This document shows, in pieces, positions 7,494 through 16,258 of a stretch of 54,754 nt of DNA. The position numbers and the translations under genes are program-made. Source of the stretch: Candidatus Aenigmatarchaeota archaeon (GTDB lineage Archaea > Aenigmatarchaeota > Aenigmatarchaeia > JACPZZ01); NCBI GenBank assembly GCA_016177205.1, contig JACOVS010000039.1:1-54754 (forward strand), written 5' to 3'. Each line of letters begins with the position of its first letter. Within the stretch, counting starts at the first letter, position 1. The notes below the pieces were generated by a model, which ran no database searches, was not told where the DNA came from, and worked only from the letters and a program-made list of their open reading frames with translations.

Positions 7494-10192
7494 CAGCTGC
7501 ACCCGCACACGGTTTTGTAATCTTCTCCCGCCGCTTTCGCCAGCTGCCCAAGCGTGCATTTGTTCGCGCCGCAGATCAGCGCGTTCTTTTCAGCGTAATC
7601 AACGCCCGAGCACACGAAATCGCCTGTGCATTGCGCTATGCCGCAGCAGGCCCGCATTGCCAGTTTTGCCGCGTCCTTAGGATTTTTTTCTATGTTACAC
7701 TGCAATATGTTCATGTCAATGTTTTTCAGCGGCTCGAAAGGCCGGAAGGGCCATGTCGTGTCGTACTCGGTCCACATTTCTATGGAGTTGCACGCAGGTT
7801 GCAAGAGCCAGCCGTACACGGCGAGCTTTCCAACGTCCGCTATCACAGAGCACGCCAGCGAGCCGTAAAATCCCGCTGCCATTTCGTTGAACTTGCCCTC
7901 GTCAAAGTAGCAGTAGTTTGAACGCCCTGGTGTTGGGCATTTATCGACGTCTGCGATGACTACAGGCTCGCCGTTCTTGGATCCGTCCTCGTAAAAGCTG
8001 ATTTGCGCCAGGCACGGAGAAACGAGGTGGAACCTTGGATTTTTCTCAAAAGAAAACGCGCCCAACCCAGCCCCGAGGGGCGACGTGAAACCGTCGCGTT
8101 TTAGCTTCAAGTCAACGGCTTTTGAGACAACGTAAACCGTTTCATAATCCTTTATCCGTTCTTCCGCGACGTCCGATTTTCTCTGCTCGACCCCCTTCTG
8201 GTTCAAACACACCGTATTGGATTCGCAGCCCGCGTTTGGCGATTTAAGGTAGCTATACTTCAACTCGTCCTCGACGTCGCTCGCGGCGTAGCCCATGACG
8301 TTCATTTTTATGAATTTGCTTGTCCCCTTTGGGCTCCACCCGTCCAGGCTGTCGTAAATTGCGTACGGCAAAAATTCGTACTCGTCCTTTGCCATCAGCG
8401 CCAGCATTTCCGGCTCCCGTTTCCAGGAAGCGGAAAATTTCGCGATTTCCAGCGCGTCGTCCGCGTCGCCTGTTATGCTGTTGGCCAGTTTCAGCTCGCT
8501 TTCGTAATCGCGCAACAGTCTTTTTCCGTAATTCGGCACGTCGAATTTTTTGTTCACGGATTCTATTACGTCGTCGCCAACACCCGCAGCTTTTAATTCA
8601 GTTATATAACTGCTTCTCAATTTTGACGCGATCGACGCTACGTCTCCGTCAGTTGCTGTTCCGGACAGGAATCTTCCGTAAGCGCCCGACGTAACCCCGG
8701 TTCCTGCGCCGTCCGTGGCTGTTTTCAGAGACGATTCCAAAAACGAGAATATCGCCGTATCCGTCTCCGCGCCCGCGATTATGGCCTTGTCGCTTGCGAA
8801 GAATTTTCCTGTAATAGCGGCCATGCTGTCCGGGTCTGTGATTTGTGTCTCAAGTTTCAGGCCCGCAAACCTCTTTTGTATGTTCTCCGAAATTTCCGGC
8901 AGCAGGTTTCCTTGGTCGTCGAAGAATCTCATGGAGCGGAAAACCGGTATCGCGTCAACGCTCTTGGAAAATCTTTTTATGCCGGTTTGTTCAAAAAATG
9001 AAGTTATCGGCCTGGACGGATAAAGACCGTATCTTGCCGCCATCTTCCGCGAGTTTGCGTCAAAAGATTCTTTCGCCTTTTTCATCGCGCCGTTCATCAG
9101 CCCGTAAAACCCTTTGTCGGCTGTTTCCGAATCCTGGACAATTTTTCTGAAAGTGATTTTTGACAGGTCCGTTATCTCGTTCTGCAGCGCAACATCGGCC
9201 GCTTTGTACGCGAAAAAGCTGTCAAGGTTCCTGCCCATCTGTTTTTCTTCTTCCACTGCGCTACTGCCCAGTTTGTTTATCAAATTTTGCAACTCCGCCC
9301 TTTTCCCGGCAGGAACAACAGCCTTTTGCACCAGCTCCCCGGTTGCCGTATCCTCTGCGTTTACCATCTTCACGGCAAACTGGTCGCCAAGTTCCTCCGC
9401 CAAATCGTCCTGTATCTTTATCACCTCTATCAGCCCGTTGTCGTCCATTGTTTTCAGGAAACCGAGCCCCACGGTTCTACCGAAAATATTCGGCGCGGTT
9501 TTTGCGGTTATCCATTTTTTCGCGGACAGAACAATTTTGTCAACCCCTGTTACCTCGAAAATGAATTTCATCGAGTTTGTGAGCCCTTTTGTAGCGAGCC
9601 CGCCAAGATACTCCACACCCTTTAGCGGAAGGGTTATCGGCGTTGCGATTATCTTTGCGCCTTTTGCAAAATACTCCGCAACCTCGCCCGCCCGGGTCTT
9701 TGAAACTTTGCTGGCTATCTGGCCGCCTATCCCTGAGGCTTTCAGCGACGACAGGGTCCCGCTGAAAAGCGACAGCCCCATGTTTATGCCGATTATCTGG
9801 GCCATGTTTTTCGTGAAAGGATAGCTCTCGTCGAATTTGTACAGCCCTTGCGCCAGGTTTTCCGGCGATTCCGGGAAGTGCTCCCAGTATATCATGTACT
9901 CGGGTGTGGAGAGGGCTCTATAATCTACAGGGTTCAATGTCAGCGGGCTTCCGACCTTGTTCTGGCACAGCATCGCGTACGTCGTATAGGGGCTGTCTTT
10001 TGTGTAAGTGCCTGTAGTCGCAACGGTATCGACGGCGACTTTTATGTTGTTCGCGGTTTTTTTCGCCAGGTCGTCGCAGTAAGGCCCGCCTATCAGCGTG
10101 TAGATGACATAGGCCGTAATGAACAGTATTAGAATTCCGGCAAGAAGGAAGACCTGGTCCTGGCCGAACCCCTTTTTGTGACTTAGCATCAA
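7493..10192 (-). CDS. giant (899 aa) pilin-like / putative adhesin protein with class III-type signal and a Cys-rich C-terminus
   Basis: MMLSHKKG|FGQDQVFLLAGILILFITAYVIYTLI. About 18 Cys, mostly in the last ~250 aa. Ends KTVCGCS. Confidence 0.75.
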   Translation of the reverse strand: MMLSHKKGFGQDQVFLLAGILILFITAYVIYTLIGGPYCDDLAKKTANNIKVAVDTVATTGTYTKDSPYTTYAMLCQNKVGSPLTLNPVDYRALSTPEYMIYWEHFPESPENLAQGLYKFDESYPFTKNMAQIIGINMGLSLFSGTLSSLKASGIGGQIASKVSKTRAGEVAEYFAKGAKIIATPITLPLKGVEYLGGLATKGLTNSMKFIFEVTGVDKIVLSAKKWITAKTAPNIFGRTVGLGFLKTMDDNGLIEVIKIQDDLAEELGDQFAVKMVNAEDTATGELVQKAVVPAGKRAELQNLINKLGSSAVEEEKQMGRNLDSFFAYKAADVALQNEITDLSKITFRKIVQDSETADKGFYGLMNGAMKKAKESFDANSRKMAARYGLYPSRPITSFFEQTGIKRFSKSVDAIPVFRSMRFFDDQGNLLPEISENIQKRFAGLKLETQITDPDSMAAITGKFFASDKAIIAGAETDTAIFSFLESSLKTATDGAGTGVTSGAYGRFLSGTATDGDVASIASKLRSSYITELKAAGVGDDVIESVNKKFDVPNYGKRLLRDYESELKLANSITGDADDALEIAKFSASWKREPEMLALMAKDEYEFLPYAIYDSLDGWSPKGTSKFIKMNVMGYAASDVEDELKYSYLKSPNAGCESNTVCLNQKGVEQRKSDVAEERIKDYETVYVVSKAVDLKLKRDGFTSPLGAGLGAFSFEKNPRFHLVSPCLAQISFYEDGSKNGEPVVIADVDKCPTPGRSNYCYFDEGKFNEMAAGFYGSLACSVIADVGKLAVYGWLLQPACNSIEMWTEYDTTWPFRPFEPLKNIDMNILQCNIEKNPKDAAKLAMRACCGIAQCTGDFVCSGVDYAEKNALICGANKCTLGQLAKAAGEDYKTVCGCS

Positions 10193-10202
10193 ATAATAAT
10201 CT

Positions 10203-10296
10203 GCTTTCTTTCCCTTAAGGCTATCCCAAGGTTGTTTTCTCTTATCTTAAGGCTTTTCCAAATCTTTTCTTTTTACCTTAAGGGTTTTTCTTTTTT
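10203..10296 (-). repeat. three ~31-nt tandem direct repeats, each centred on CTTAAGG (10214, 10246, 10277)
   Basis: Read directly: tttctttcccttaaggctatccc / tttctcttatcttaaggcttttcc / tttctttttaccttaagggtttttc. Confidence 0.75.
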
Positions 10297-10312
10297 AAAA
10301 GAAAAAGCTTAT
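10265..10312 (-). promoter_or_regulatory. conserved ~48-nt intergenic module, copy 1 (stop codon, TAAGC, T-rich/A-rich palindrome, CCTTAAGG, purine run)
   Basis: Near-identical to 13218..13266 and similar to 48113..48162. Lies between the 107-aa pilin gene and the 899-aa gene. Confidence 0.6.
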
Positions 10313-10635
10313 CAGCAACCGCAGAACGTTTTTACTTTGTCGGGCGAGATCCCTATCTTGTCCGCCGCCGACCCAAGGGATATCTGGTTTTTTAAGTCCC
10401 CGGAACCGAAAGCGGACCTTAAATTTTCCGGCACAGTGCACCAGACCTGGTCCGGGTTGATACATGTCAACGGCATGTTCAACTGGCAGCATGATCGGAC
10501 GAATGTCTGCTTGCCCAGGTCGCTCGTCGGCTGCTGGCCGCCGAAAATTATGACACCGACCAGGACGGCCAACACAACAATAGCAAGAACTATAATGACC
10601 ATTAACTCAACGGCCATCATGCCCTTTTTTCGCAT
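10312..10635 (-). CDS. type IV pilin-like protein (class III signal peptide)
   Basis: MRKKG|MMAVELMVIIVLAIVVLAVLVGVII. 107 aa, 6 Cys, ends KTFCGC. Confidence 0.8.
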   Translation of the reverse strand: MRKKGMMAVELMVIIVLAIVVLAVLVGVIIFGGQQPTSDLGKQTFVRSCCQLNMPLTCINPDQVWCTVPENLRSAFGSGDLKNQISLGSAADKIGISPDKVKTFCGC

Positions 10636-10668
10636 AATATCACACGCCTTCCATCGTATTTTCGTTGA

Positions 10669-11097
10669 TCACGCCTTGACGCATTTTTTCGCCGAGTCGT
10701 CGCATTTTAACCCGGTCGCGCACTTCACAGTGTAACTGCCGCACGCGCTGTCAACCCCGACAGCAAGCACGCCGCAGCATCTTATCTGGCAGTTTTTCGG
10801 GTCTGTTATTCCGGCTTTGTTGCACTGCTCCCACAGGTTTATCTTTTCGCCTTTCAAAGTTATTTCCGAGTCGTCCAGAACTTTTTTGCACGCGGTCTCT
10901 TCGTAATTCACGCCGCACGCGCTGTTCGCGCACCCCACGCCGCCTTGGTAGGTTGCGCACGCAAACTCCAGATTGCCGCCCTGTTTCGCGCTGTTCAGGT
11001 TGGGAATCACGAAAACGAAAACTATTCCCAGTATGACCGCCAAAAGGACCACGCCTATGACAACAACCGTCGCAAGGTTTATTTCTCTCTCAGGCAT
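10669..11097 (-). CDS. N-terminally anchored Cys-rich pilus-locus protein
   Basis: 142 aa. N-terminal helix LATVVVIGVVLLAVILGIVFVFVI. About 12 Cys. Confidence 0.7.
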   Translation of the reverse strand: MPEREINLATVVVIGVVLLAVILGIVFVFVIPNLNSAKQGGNLEFACATYQGGVGCANSACGVNYEETACKKVLDDSEITLKGEKINLWEQCNKAGITDPKNCQIRCCGVLAVGVDSACGSYTVKCATGLKCDDSAKKCVKA

Positions 11098-11102
11098 CTA
11101 AA

Positions 11103-11297
11103 TCAGCACTGTATCCTTAAACCCTTCATCAGCTGGCACAACGCGTCGCCTATCAACGGGACAGCGTTTAATCCTGCCGGTTTCCCTATCACAGCGACGA
11201 GCAAAACGCCCGCACCCAGGATTATTACCAGGCCGGCGACAACCAGCGCAAGCAGCAGGGGCTTGTCGCCTATCTGTCCCTTACTGGCATTTGCCAT
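11103..11297 (-). CDS. mini pilin-like protein (64 aa)
   Basis: MANASKG|QIGDKPLLLALVVAGLVIILGAGVLLVAVI. 2 Cys. Overlaps the 3' end of the upstream gene by 17 nt. Confidence 0.5.
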   Translation of the reverse strand: MANASKGQIGDKPLLLALVVAGLVIILGAGVLLVAVIGKPAGLNAVPLIGDALCQLMKGLRIQC

Positions 11298-11607
11298 AAT
11301 TCGTACCCCTTATTTCAGACACGCATTTTTTCCCGGCCGCGCAATCCTCGTTGTTGTCTATTCCCTTCCACGCCCTGCACCCGCACTCATTCTTGCCTTC
11401 AACGGTGTGCACGCACGCTTTGTTGTCGGTATTTCCGCAGAAATCCTGTTTTGCCAGGCACCCTGCCGCGGATATTATCTCGTTCCTGTCCCTTTCAACG
11501 TTCTCGCCGCTGCTTTTTATCCAGCCAAGGTAGAGTGCCAGCAATACCAGCGCAATGACCAGCGCCATCATCAACGCGAAATTGTATTCTGACATGCCTT
11601 TCCGCAT
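11281..11607 (-). CDS. type IV pilin-like protein (class III signal peptide)
   Basis: MRKG|MSEYNFALMMALVIALVLLALYLG. 108 aa, 8 Cys. Confidence 0.75.
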   Translation of the reverse strand: MRKGMSEYNFALMMALVIALVLLALYLGWIKSSGENVERDRNEIISAAGCLAKQDFCGNTDNKACVHTVEGKNECGCRAWKGIDNNEDCAAGKKCVSEIRGTNYGKCQ

Positions 11608-11642
11608 AGGATTATTTTGTTTTTGCCGACTTTATTATCCAT

Positions 11643-13193
11643 CTATGGGTTGTTTATGTTGGGGGGCATTACTTTTGTCAGCGAAATATCCTTGAACCCG
11701 TTCCTTCCTTTATCGTCCGCTCTCTCATCAAAGGCGGGAGGCGGGAATTCCTTGCCGTTCGGGTAAAACCATCTAACTGTTCCTGTTCCGTCCGTTACCC
11801 GTATGTTGTCGTAATACGAAACCACTTGCTGGTTGTTGCCGGCGTCGTATCCTATCACAACATCAACGATGTCCACAGCCTTGCCCCATACGCCGGGCGG
11901 CGCGGGTAAAATTCTGTGGTACCATTTTCCGCACGCAAACTCTGTAAGGTCCATACCCGAAGCGTCTGAAACGTCTGGTTTCGCTCTAACCCATTCGTTG
12001 TTTAACCAGTCATACGACCATCTCCAGTACGGAAGGTTGTTCCATTCATTGTACGGGTCAGCCTTGGCCCTTAGTTCTATCCCCCCGACCTCCTTTTCGC
12101 ACGTGCGGAGGAATACGTCATACTCGATAATGTCGCCGGGTCTTATTGTGTACGGCGAATCTATTTCATACGCTTTCAAATACAGCAACTTACCTTCGCC
12201 GGTTGCTGCCAGTTTGAGTATCTCGTCTGAGTGCGCCCCTATATCGCTTTGCGGGCTCGCCTGAGTCGGAGGTACGTACACTACCGGTATGACCATCGCA
12301 CTGGTTTTATCTTGATCGTACCTGCAAGTTCCCCCGCACCCCTCCTTTTCAAGGAGAGCCGAACTTTCTTCGAAAAAGACGTGTTTGTCGCCGTTCGTAG
12401 ATTTTATCACTATGTTATCGTAAAGCGCTGCATAAACAACGCCGCCCTTGGTGTCTTTAGTTTCGTAAGTTTCACCGCCCATTACCAGTGATATCTTCTC
12501 AAGCGTCTTGCCCCCCTTTGGTATAGGCAATACCCTGTGGTACCATTTCCTGTAGGCATAAGGTGTCATATCGCTGTCTTTGGCCGCTTTCGTCGGGTCT
12601 TTATCGCAGTTTTTAAGTGTTCCAACAAGACCCACGCCATCCTTCCAGCTATCATCGTCGTCCATCTTGCCTCCTGTTGTTTCAATGGTTATCCCGCCTG
12701 TACAGGGTGTTTTCAAAGGCAGGTAAACATCATACTCCAGCACATCCCCGTTTTTTATAAGGTACTGGGTTGATCCTCCTATCGGCACGCCTGCTGAAAT
12801 TTTCAGTCGTATTTTATTGCCGCCAGAAGCGCTGGTCGGCGCAATAAAGTGCAACACGTTCCCGCTCGGCCGGCCTACGTAATTAAGCAGTGCCTTGCAC
12901 GCGTCACTTGGTTCGCATTTGTTGTTCTTGCACGTTTCTTCCGTCGAACACAACCTGCCCGACGAGGTTGGCGTAGCTTCGCATAGGGCGCCGCACTGGG
13001 CCGGTGTCGTCGTACCGTCGCCCGAAGAGCCGCTGCTGTCAGGAATTATCTTATTCAGCCACGGAACTTTATTCAAGAAATCCTTGAAAGCGCCGGATGT
13101 ATTCAAACCAACTATAACACCCAGAACAACAAGAAGGACAATAACGCCCAGCGCTAACCCCAAAACGTGCGCGTCCATCCCTTTTCTTGTCAT
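11643..13193 (-). CDS. large pilin-like protein with a Cys-rich stalk and two tandem beta-sandwich-like repeats
   Basis: MTRKG|MDAHVLGLALGVIVLLVVLGVIVG. Internal duplication marked by GDVLEYDVYL/GDIIEYDVFL, KWYHRVLPIP/KWYHRILPAP and LYDNIVI/YYDNIRV. Confidence 0.75.
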   Translation of the reverse strand: MTRKGMDAHVLGLALGVIVLLVVLGVIVGLNTSGAFKDFLNKVPWLNKIIPDSSGSSGDGTTTPAQCGALCEATPTSSGRLCSTEETCKNNKCEPSDACKALLNYVGRPSGNVLHFIAPTSASGGNKIRLKISAGVPIGGSTQYLIKNGDVLEYDVYLPLKTPCTGGITIETTGGKMDDDDSWKDGVGLVGTLKNCDKDPTKAAKDSDMTPYAYRKWYHRVLPIPKGGKTLEKISLVMGGETYETKDTKGGVVYAALYDNIVIKSTNGDKHVFFEESSALLEKEGCGGTCRYDQDKTSAMVIPVVYVPPTQASPQSDIGAHSDEILKLAATGEGKLLYLKAYEIDSPYTIRPGDIIEYDVFLRTCEKEVGGIELRAKADPYNEWNNLPYWRWSYDWLNNEWVRAKPDVSDASGMDLTEFACGKWYHRILPAPPGVWGKAVDIVDVVIGYDAGNNQQVVSYYDNIRVTDGTGTVRWFYPNGKEFPPPAFDERADDKGRNGFKDISLTKVMPPNINNP

Positions 13194-13217
13194 TTTTGAC
13201 CTCTTGATTATCTATTA

Positions 13218-13266
13218 TTTTCTTTTTACCTTAAGGGTTTTTCTTTTTTAAAAGAAAAAAGCTTAT
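13218..13266 (-). promoter_or_regulatory. conserved ~48-nt intergenic module, copy 2
   Basis: ttttctttttaccttaagggtttttcttttttaaaagaaaaaagcttat matches copy 1 except for one extra A. Lies between the 67-aa and 516-aa genes. Confidence 0.6.
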
Positions 13267-13466
13267 ATATTACAAATGGCCGACCCGAACCCGCCCATGG
13301 ATGTCGCTAAAAACCCGCATATCCCTTTTCCAACAGTCATCGCAAGCCCGCCCGAACCCGCCTCTTCATTTGCGAACGCTATCACAACAACCAGGACAAC
13401 TATGGCCACGACAACCGCGCCGATGAAAACAAGCATGGCGCTCGTTATGCCTTTTTTATCAGTCAC
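13263..13466 (-). CDS. mini pilin-like protein (67 aa, GTG start)
   Basis: TDKKG|ITSAMLVFIGAVVVAIVVLVVVIAF. 2 Cys. The start overlaps the upstream stop (GTGA). Confidence 0.6.
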   Translation of the reverse strand: MTDKKGITSAMLVFIGAVVVAIVVLVVVIAFANEEAGSGGLAMTVGKGICGFLATSMGGFGSAICNI

Positions 13467-13708
13467 TTAACCACTCCCACCGTGTGCGCATAAAGCCACG
13501 TCGACGCCCTTAGCGGGAAGCAAACGGTTTTATCAACCAGTCCGCCGCCCACGTCGCACGCGTTCGGTATGTTCGCGCCGGATGAAATGCCCTGTAACGC
13601 TATTATAACCGCTATTATCACGGCTAACGCCACTATAGCCAGTATCGCAAGGAAAAAAGTCTTTCCCGCCTCCGCCTCTATCTGCCCCTTCACCATTGCC
13701 GTTTTCAT
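13463..13708 (-). CDS. pilin-like protein (start moved to the ATG at 13708)
   Basis: MKTAMVKG|QIEAEAGKTFFLAILAIVALAVIIAVIIAL. GAAAGGAAAC lies upstream of the ATG. 2 Cys. Confidence 0.6.
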   Translation of the reverse strand: MKTAMVKGQIEAEAGKTFFLAILAIVALAVIIAVIIALQGISSGANIPNACDVGGGLVDKTVCFPLRASTWLYAHTVGVVK

Positions 13709-13753
13709 TTTAATAGTTTCCTTTCCACCAAAGCCCAAGATTTTTCTTTTCCC

Positions 13754-14182
13754 TTATCGCCTGTCCACATCCACTTCTATCAGCGACGCCCCGCCGGTTA
13801 ATGATATTTTGACGTCGTAAACCTTTTTATCAGCGTTTATCGTATCGCCCGTGTATTTCCACGCTAGGTTTTCACAGTCCGTATCCGCGAGCTTGGCCGC
13901 TATTTCCGCAGCTCCGAGAGAACCGGACGTGGATTTGTATTGCGACGTGCTGTCAAAGCCTTTTGCAAAACTGCTTCTCGACTGCCAGAGGCTGCACATG
14001 CCGTACGCTATCCTCGTCGCAAGCACGTCTGCGTTGTCCACGTACAAGTCGCCCGTTTCTGGTAGCTGGTTGAACCTTATCAGCCTTGGCAGTATCAATG
14101 ACGCTACCCCGTATAGCAGGGACGCTACAATGAACGCCGCAACTAGCCAGAACAAAAACCTTGGCTGGTCGGCGGCTGCCAT
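13754..14182 (-). CDS. N-terminally anchored pilus-locus protein
   Basis: 142 aa. N-terminal helix FLFWLVAAFIVASLLYGVASLIL. The ATG overlaps the platform gene stop by 1 nt. Confidence 0.6.
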   Translation of the reverse strand: MAAADQPRFLFWLVAAFIVASLLYGVASLILPRLIRFNQLPETGDLYVDNADVLATRIAYGMCSLWQSRSSFAKGFDSTSQYKSTSGSLGAAEIAAKLADTDCENLAWKYTGDTINADKKVYDVKISLTGGASLIEVDVDRR

Positions 14183-16254
14183 TATAATCCTCCGATTATG
14201 CTGTCTTTTATCTGCGACCCCAGCGTCGAATAAACAACAGTTATCGCCAGCACGTAAACGACCAGCGAAATGAACATGTTAATAGATAGCGTGTGGTAAA
14301 GATTTATCCTGTCCTCGCCCGTTTCAATCTTGCTGACAAAGTACGACAACAATCCGGCGACCTCGATCATGTAGATTCCTACGACCAATTGGAACACCTC
14401 TGCCGTTACCCCGCCCTTGTCAAGCCCGACTGTCAAAAATAACGGCAAACTGGAGCCGACGCCCTGCGCGGTCAGGTCCGCTAATTTTTCTCCGAGAACT
14501 TTGATTATGTCCAGCATTATCAGCGCCATCGTCACCGTCACGCCGGCGACCATCGGTGCAAGGATCGCGCCCAAAAATTTCATGCTTGTCGTGCTCTCGC
14601 CCAGGATATCGCGCAGCTCCTCTTCGATGGCGTGAACGTCTTTAAGGTAACGGGAAATGGACAGCATGGATTGGGATGCGTTGTAAACGCCCTTCCTGAC
14701 CGCTTCCACGACAACCTTCATCACCGAGATTATGAGGCTGGACGGGTAATACCAAACGGCTCCGTAGTTTTTGTCGAATATAGCCTGCTCAAAGGTCATG
14801 CCCAGCCTCTTTATATTTTGAACGATGCGGCCGAAGAAATCGGATATTCCAAGGTCGCGGATTTTTTCCTGGTTCTTATCTATTGCGTTTTCTATCGGCG
14901 TCCCTGACGATAACTGGTTGCCTAAATGGAAAATCGCTTCCGCAAACTCGTTCTCGACGCTTATTACTTTCCTGCGTACGCTTGTTCTCTGGAAACTTTC
15001 CAGGAACGCATAAAGTGACATTGGCAGCGAGATTGATGCGATGATTACAGTCGAGTACATCACGCGCGCAAAAGACGTTGCCGCGCTGTTCGTCATGCCG
15101 CTGTAGCCGATGAAGAAAAGCGCGGCGAAAAGCAGGGCCGGCAGTATGTATGTCCTGATTTCGATTTTTTTGCCCGACAAATGCGCCCGGAAATAGCCTT
15201 CCTTGGGCGTGTCCGGGTGCTCTGAAACGTCCGGTTTCGACAGCGTCGGCGGTTTCGTCGCCAATATGTTTGACGTGTACCAGTACAGCCCTAGGAACAA
15301 GAATACGTCGTACCCGAGGAAAAGCATGTACGGTTGCACTATGTTAGAAAGGAATAACACCAGCACAGGGAACATCACGAGCCCCATTATCGGCAGCAAA
15401 ATCCCCATTGCGTGAATGATCAGCAGCGGCATACGCAAGTTTTGCGCGTAGTGGCCCATCCTCTCCCTTGTTCCTTTCAGTATCACGTCAACGGCCTCGT
15501 CCAGCATTACAAGGCGCTTTTTCTCGGGCTGGTCCACCGAATTCCGTATCAGCGTCAGCGCCGAAGAGAACTCCTCGTTTTCGTTTTTCCACCGCGAACT
15601 GATGTATTTGTCAAGGGCCCTGTCTATGCTGTCCTCCTTTCTCATGTATATGTCCCACAGCAGCTTCCGGAAATCCAAAGCGAGCGGTCCCGTAAGGTTC
15701 GTCGCAACGAATTTGACAGCGTTCTCCAGGTTGGGGGATATTCTCATGGAGATAACCATGTAAACGACCGATAACACGATCTCTTCCGACGCCTTTACGC
15801 GGAAATCGCGCGCTTTTTTTGCCGGATAGCCGTGGATATAAACTCCCGACAGTATGGAAAAAACCAGCATGGTAACGCCGATGAATATCGGCACGGCCCC
15901 AATTGCGGCCGCGGCAACTGAAACCAGGACGAGAAATATCGGCAGAAGGAACGCTGCCGATGTTATACCCGCGGGCGTGCACTGCAAACCGGTGAAGTCT
16001 ATCTCTTTGCGCAACTGCTCTGCGGAGCTCTTCGAAGGCTCGACCTTGAGTATTTTTTCGGAAATGGAACAAAGTTTTTCGTAGATATTCAGTTTCTTCT
16101 TGGCCCCCCTCTCTTCGGTCTTGAAGGTTTTGTAGTCAAGGGACAGGAATTGTTCCTCGCTCCTTTCATCGTCTCCGCTGTCCTCGAAAATCCTGGGTTC
16201 GTAATCGCGCGCTATCCTGTTTAGTTCGTCCTCGTCTATTCGTCTCTCTCCCAT
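14182..16254 (-). CDS. polytopic membrane platform protein (FlaJ/TadC/PilC-like, T2SS F-type)
   Basis: 690 aa. Cytoplasmic N-terminus followed by two blocks of hydrophobic helices separated by a soluble domain. Lies 4 nt downstream of the secretion ATPase. Confidence 0.75.
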   Translation of the reverse strand: MGERRIDEDELNRIARDYEPRIFEDSGDDERSEEQFLSLDYKTFKTEERGAKKKLNIYEKLCSISEKILKVEPSKSSAEQLRKEIDFTGLQCTPAGITSAAFLLPIFLVLVSVAAAAIGAVPIFIGVTMLVFSILSGVYIHGYPAKKARDFRVKASEEIVLSVVYMVISMRISPNLENAVKFVATNLTGPLALDFRKLLWDIYMRKEDSIDRALDKYISSRWKNENEEFSSALTLIRNSVDQPEKKRLVMLDEAVDVILKGTRERMGHYAQNLRMPLLIIHAMGILLPIMGLVMFPVLVLFLSNIVQPYMLFLGYDVFLFLGLYWYTSNILATKPPTLSKPDVSEHPDTPKEGYFRAHLSGKKIEIRTYILPALLFAALFFIGYSGMTNSAATSFARVMYSTVIIASISLPMSLYAFLESFQRTSVRRKVISVENEFAEAIFHLGNQLSSGTPIENAIDKNQEKIRDLGISDFFGRIVQNIKRLGMTFEQAIFDKNYGAVWYYPSSLIISVMKVVVEAVRKGVYNASQSMLSISRYLKDVHAIEEELRDILGESTTSMKFLGAILAPMVAGVTVTMALIMLDIIKVLGEKLADLTAQGVGSSLPLFLTVGLDKGGVTAEVFQLVVGIYMIEVAGLLSYFVSKIETGEDRINLYHTLSINMFISLVVYVLAITVVYSTLGSQIKDSIIGGL

Positions 16255-16258
16255 CGTA

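Noticed and set aside
9114-9824. 236-aa plus-strand ORF (and several others from 7626 to 10132) inside the 899-aa gene
   Set aside because: These lie antisense to a single uninterrupted 2.7-kb ORF. They have a low-complexity Ser/Phe/Pro-rich composition.
10945-11592. 215-aa plus-strand ORF across three small pilin-locus genes
   Set aside because: It is an antisense shadow that spans three separate, well-formed minus-strand genes and their junctions.
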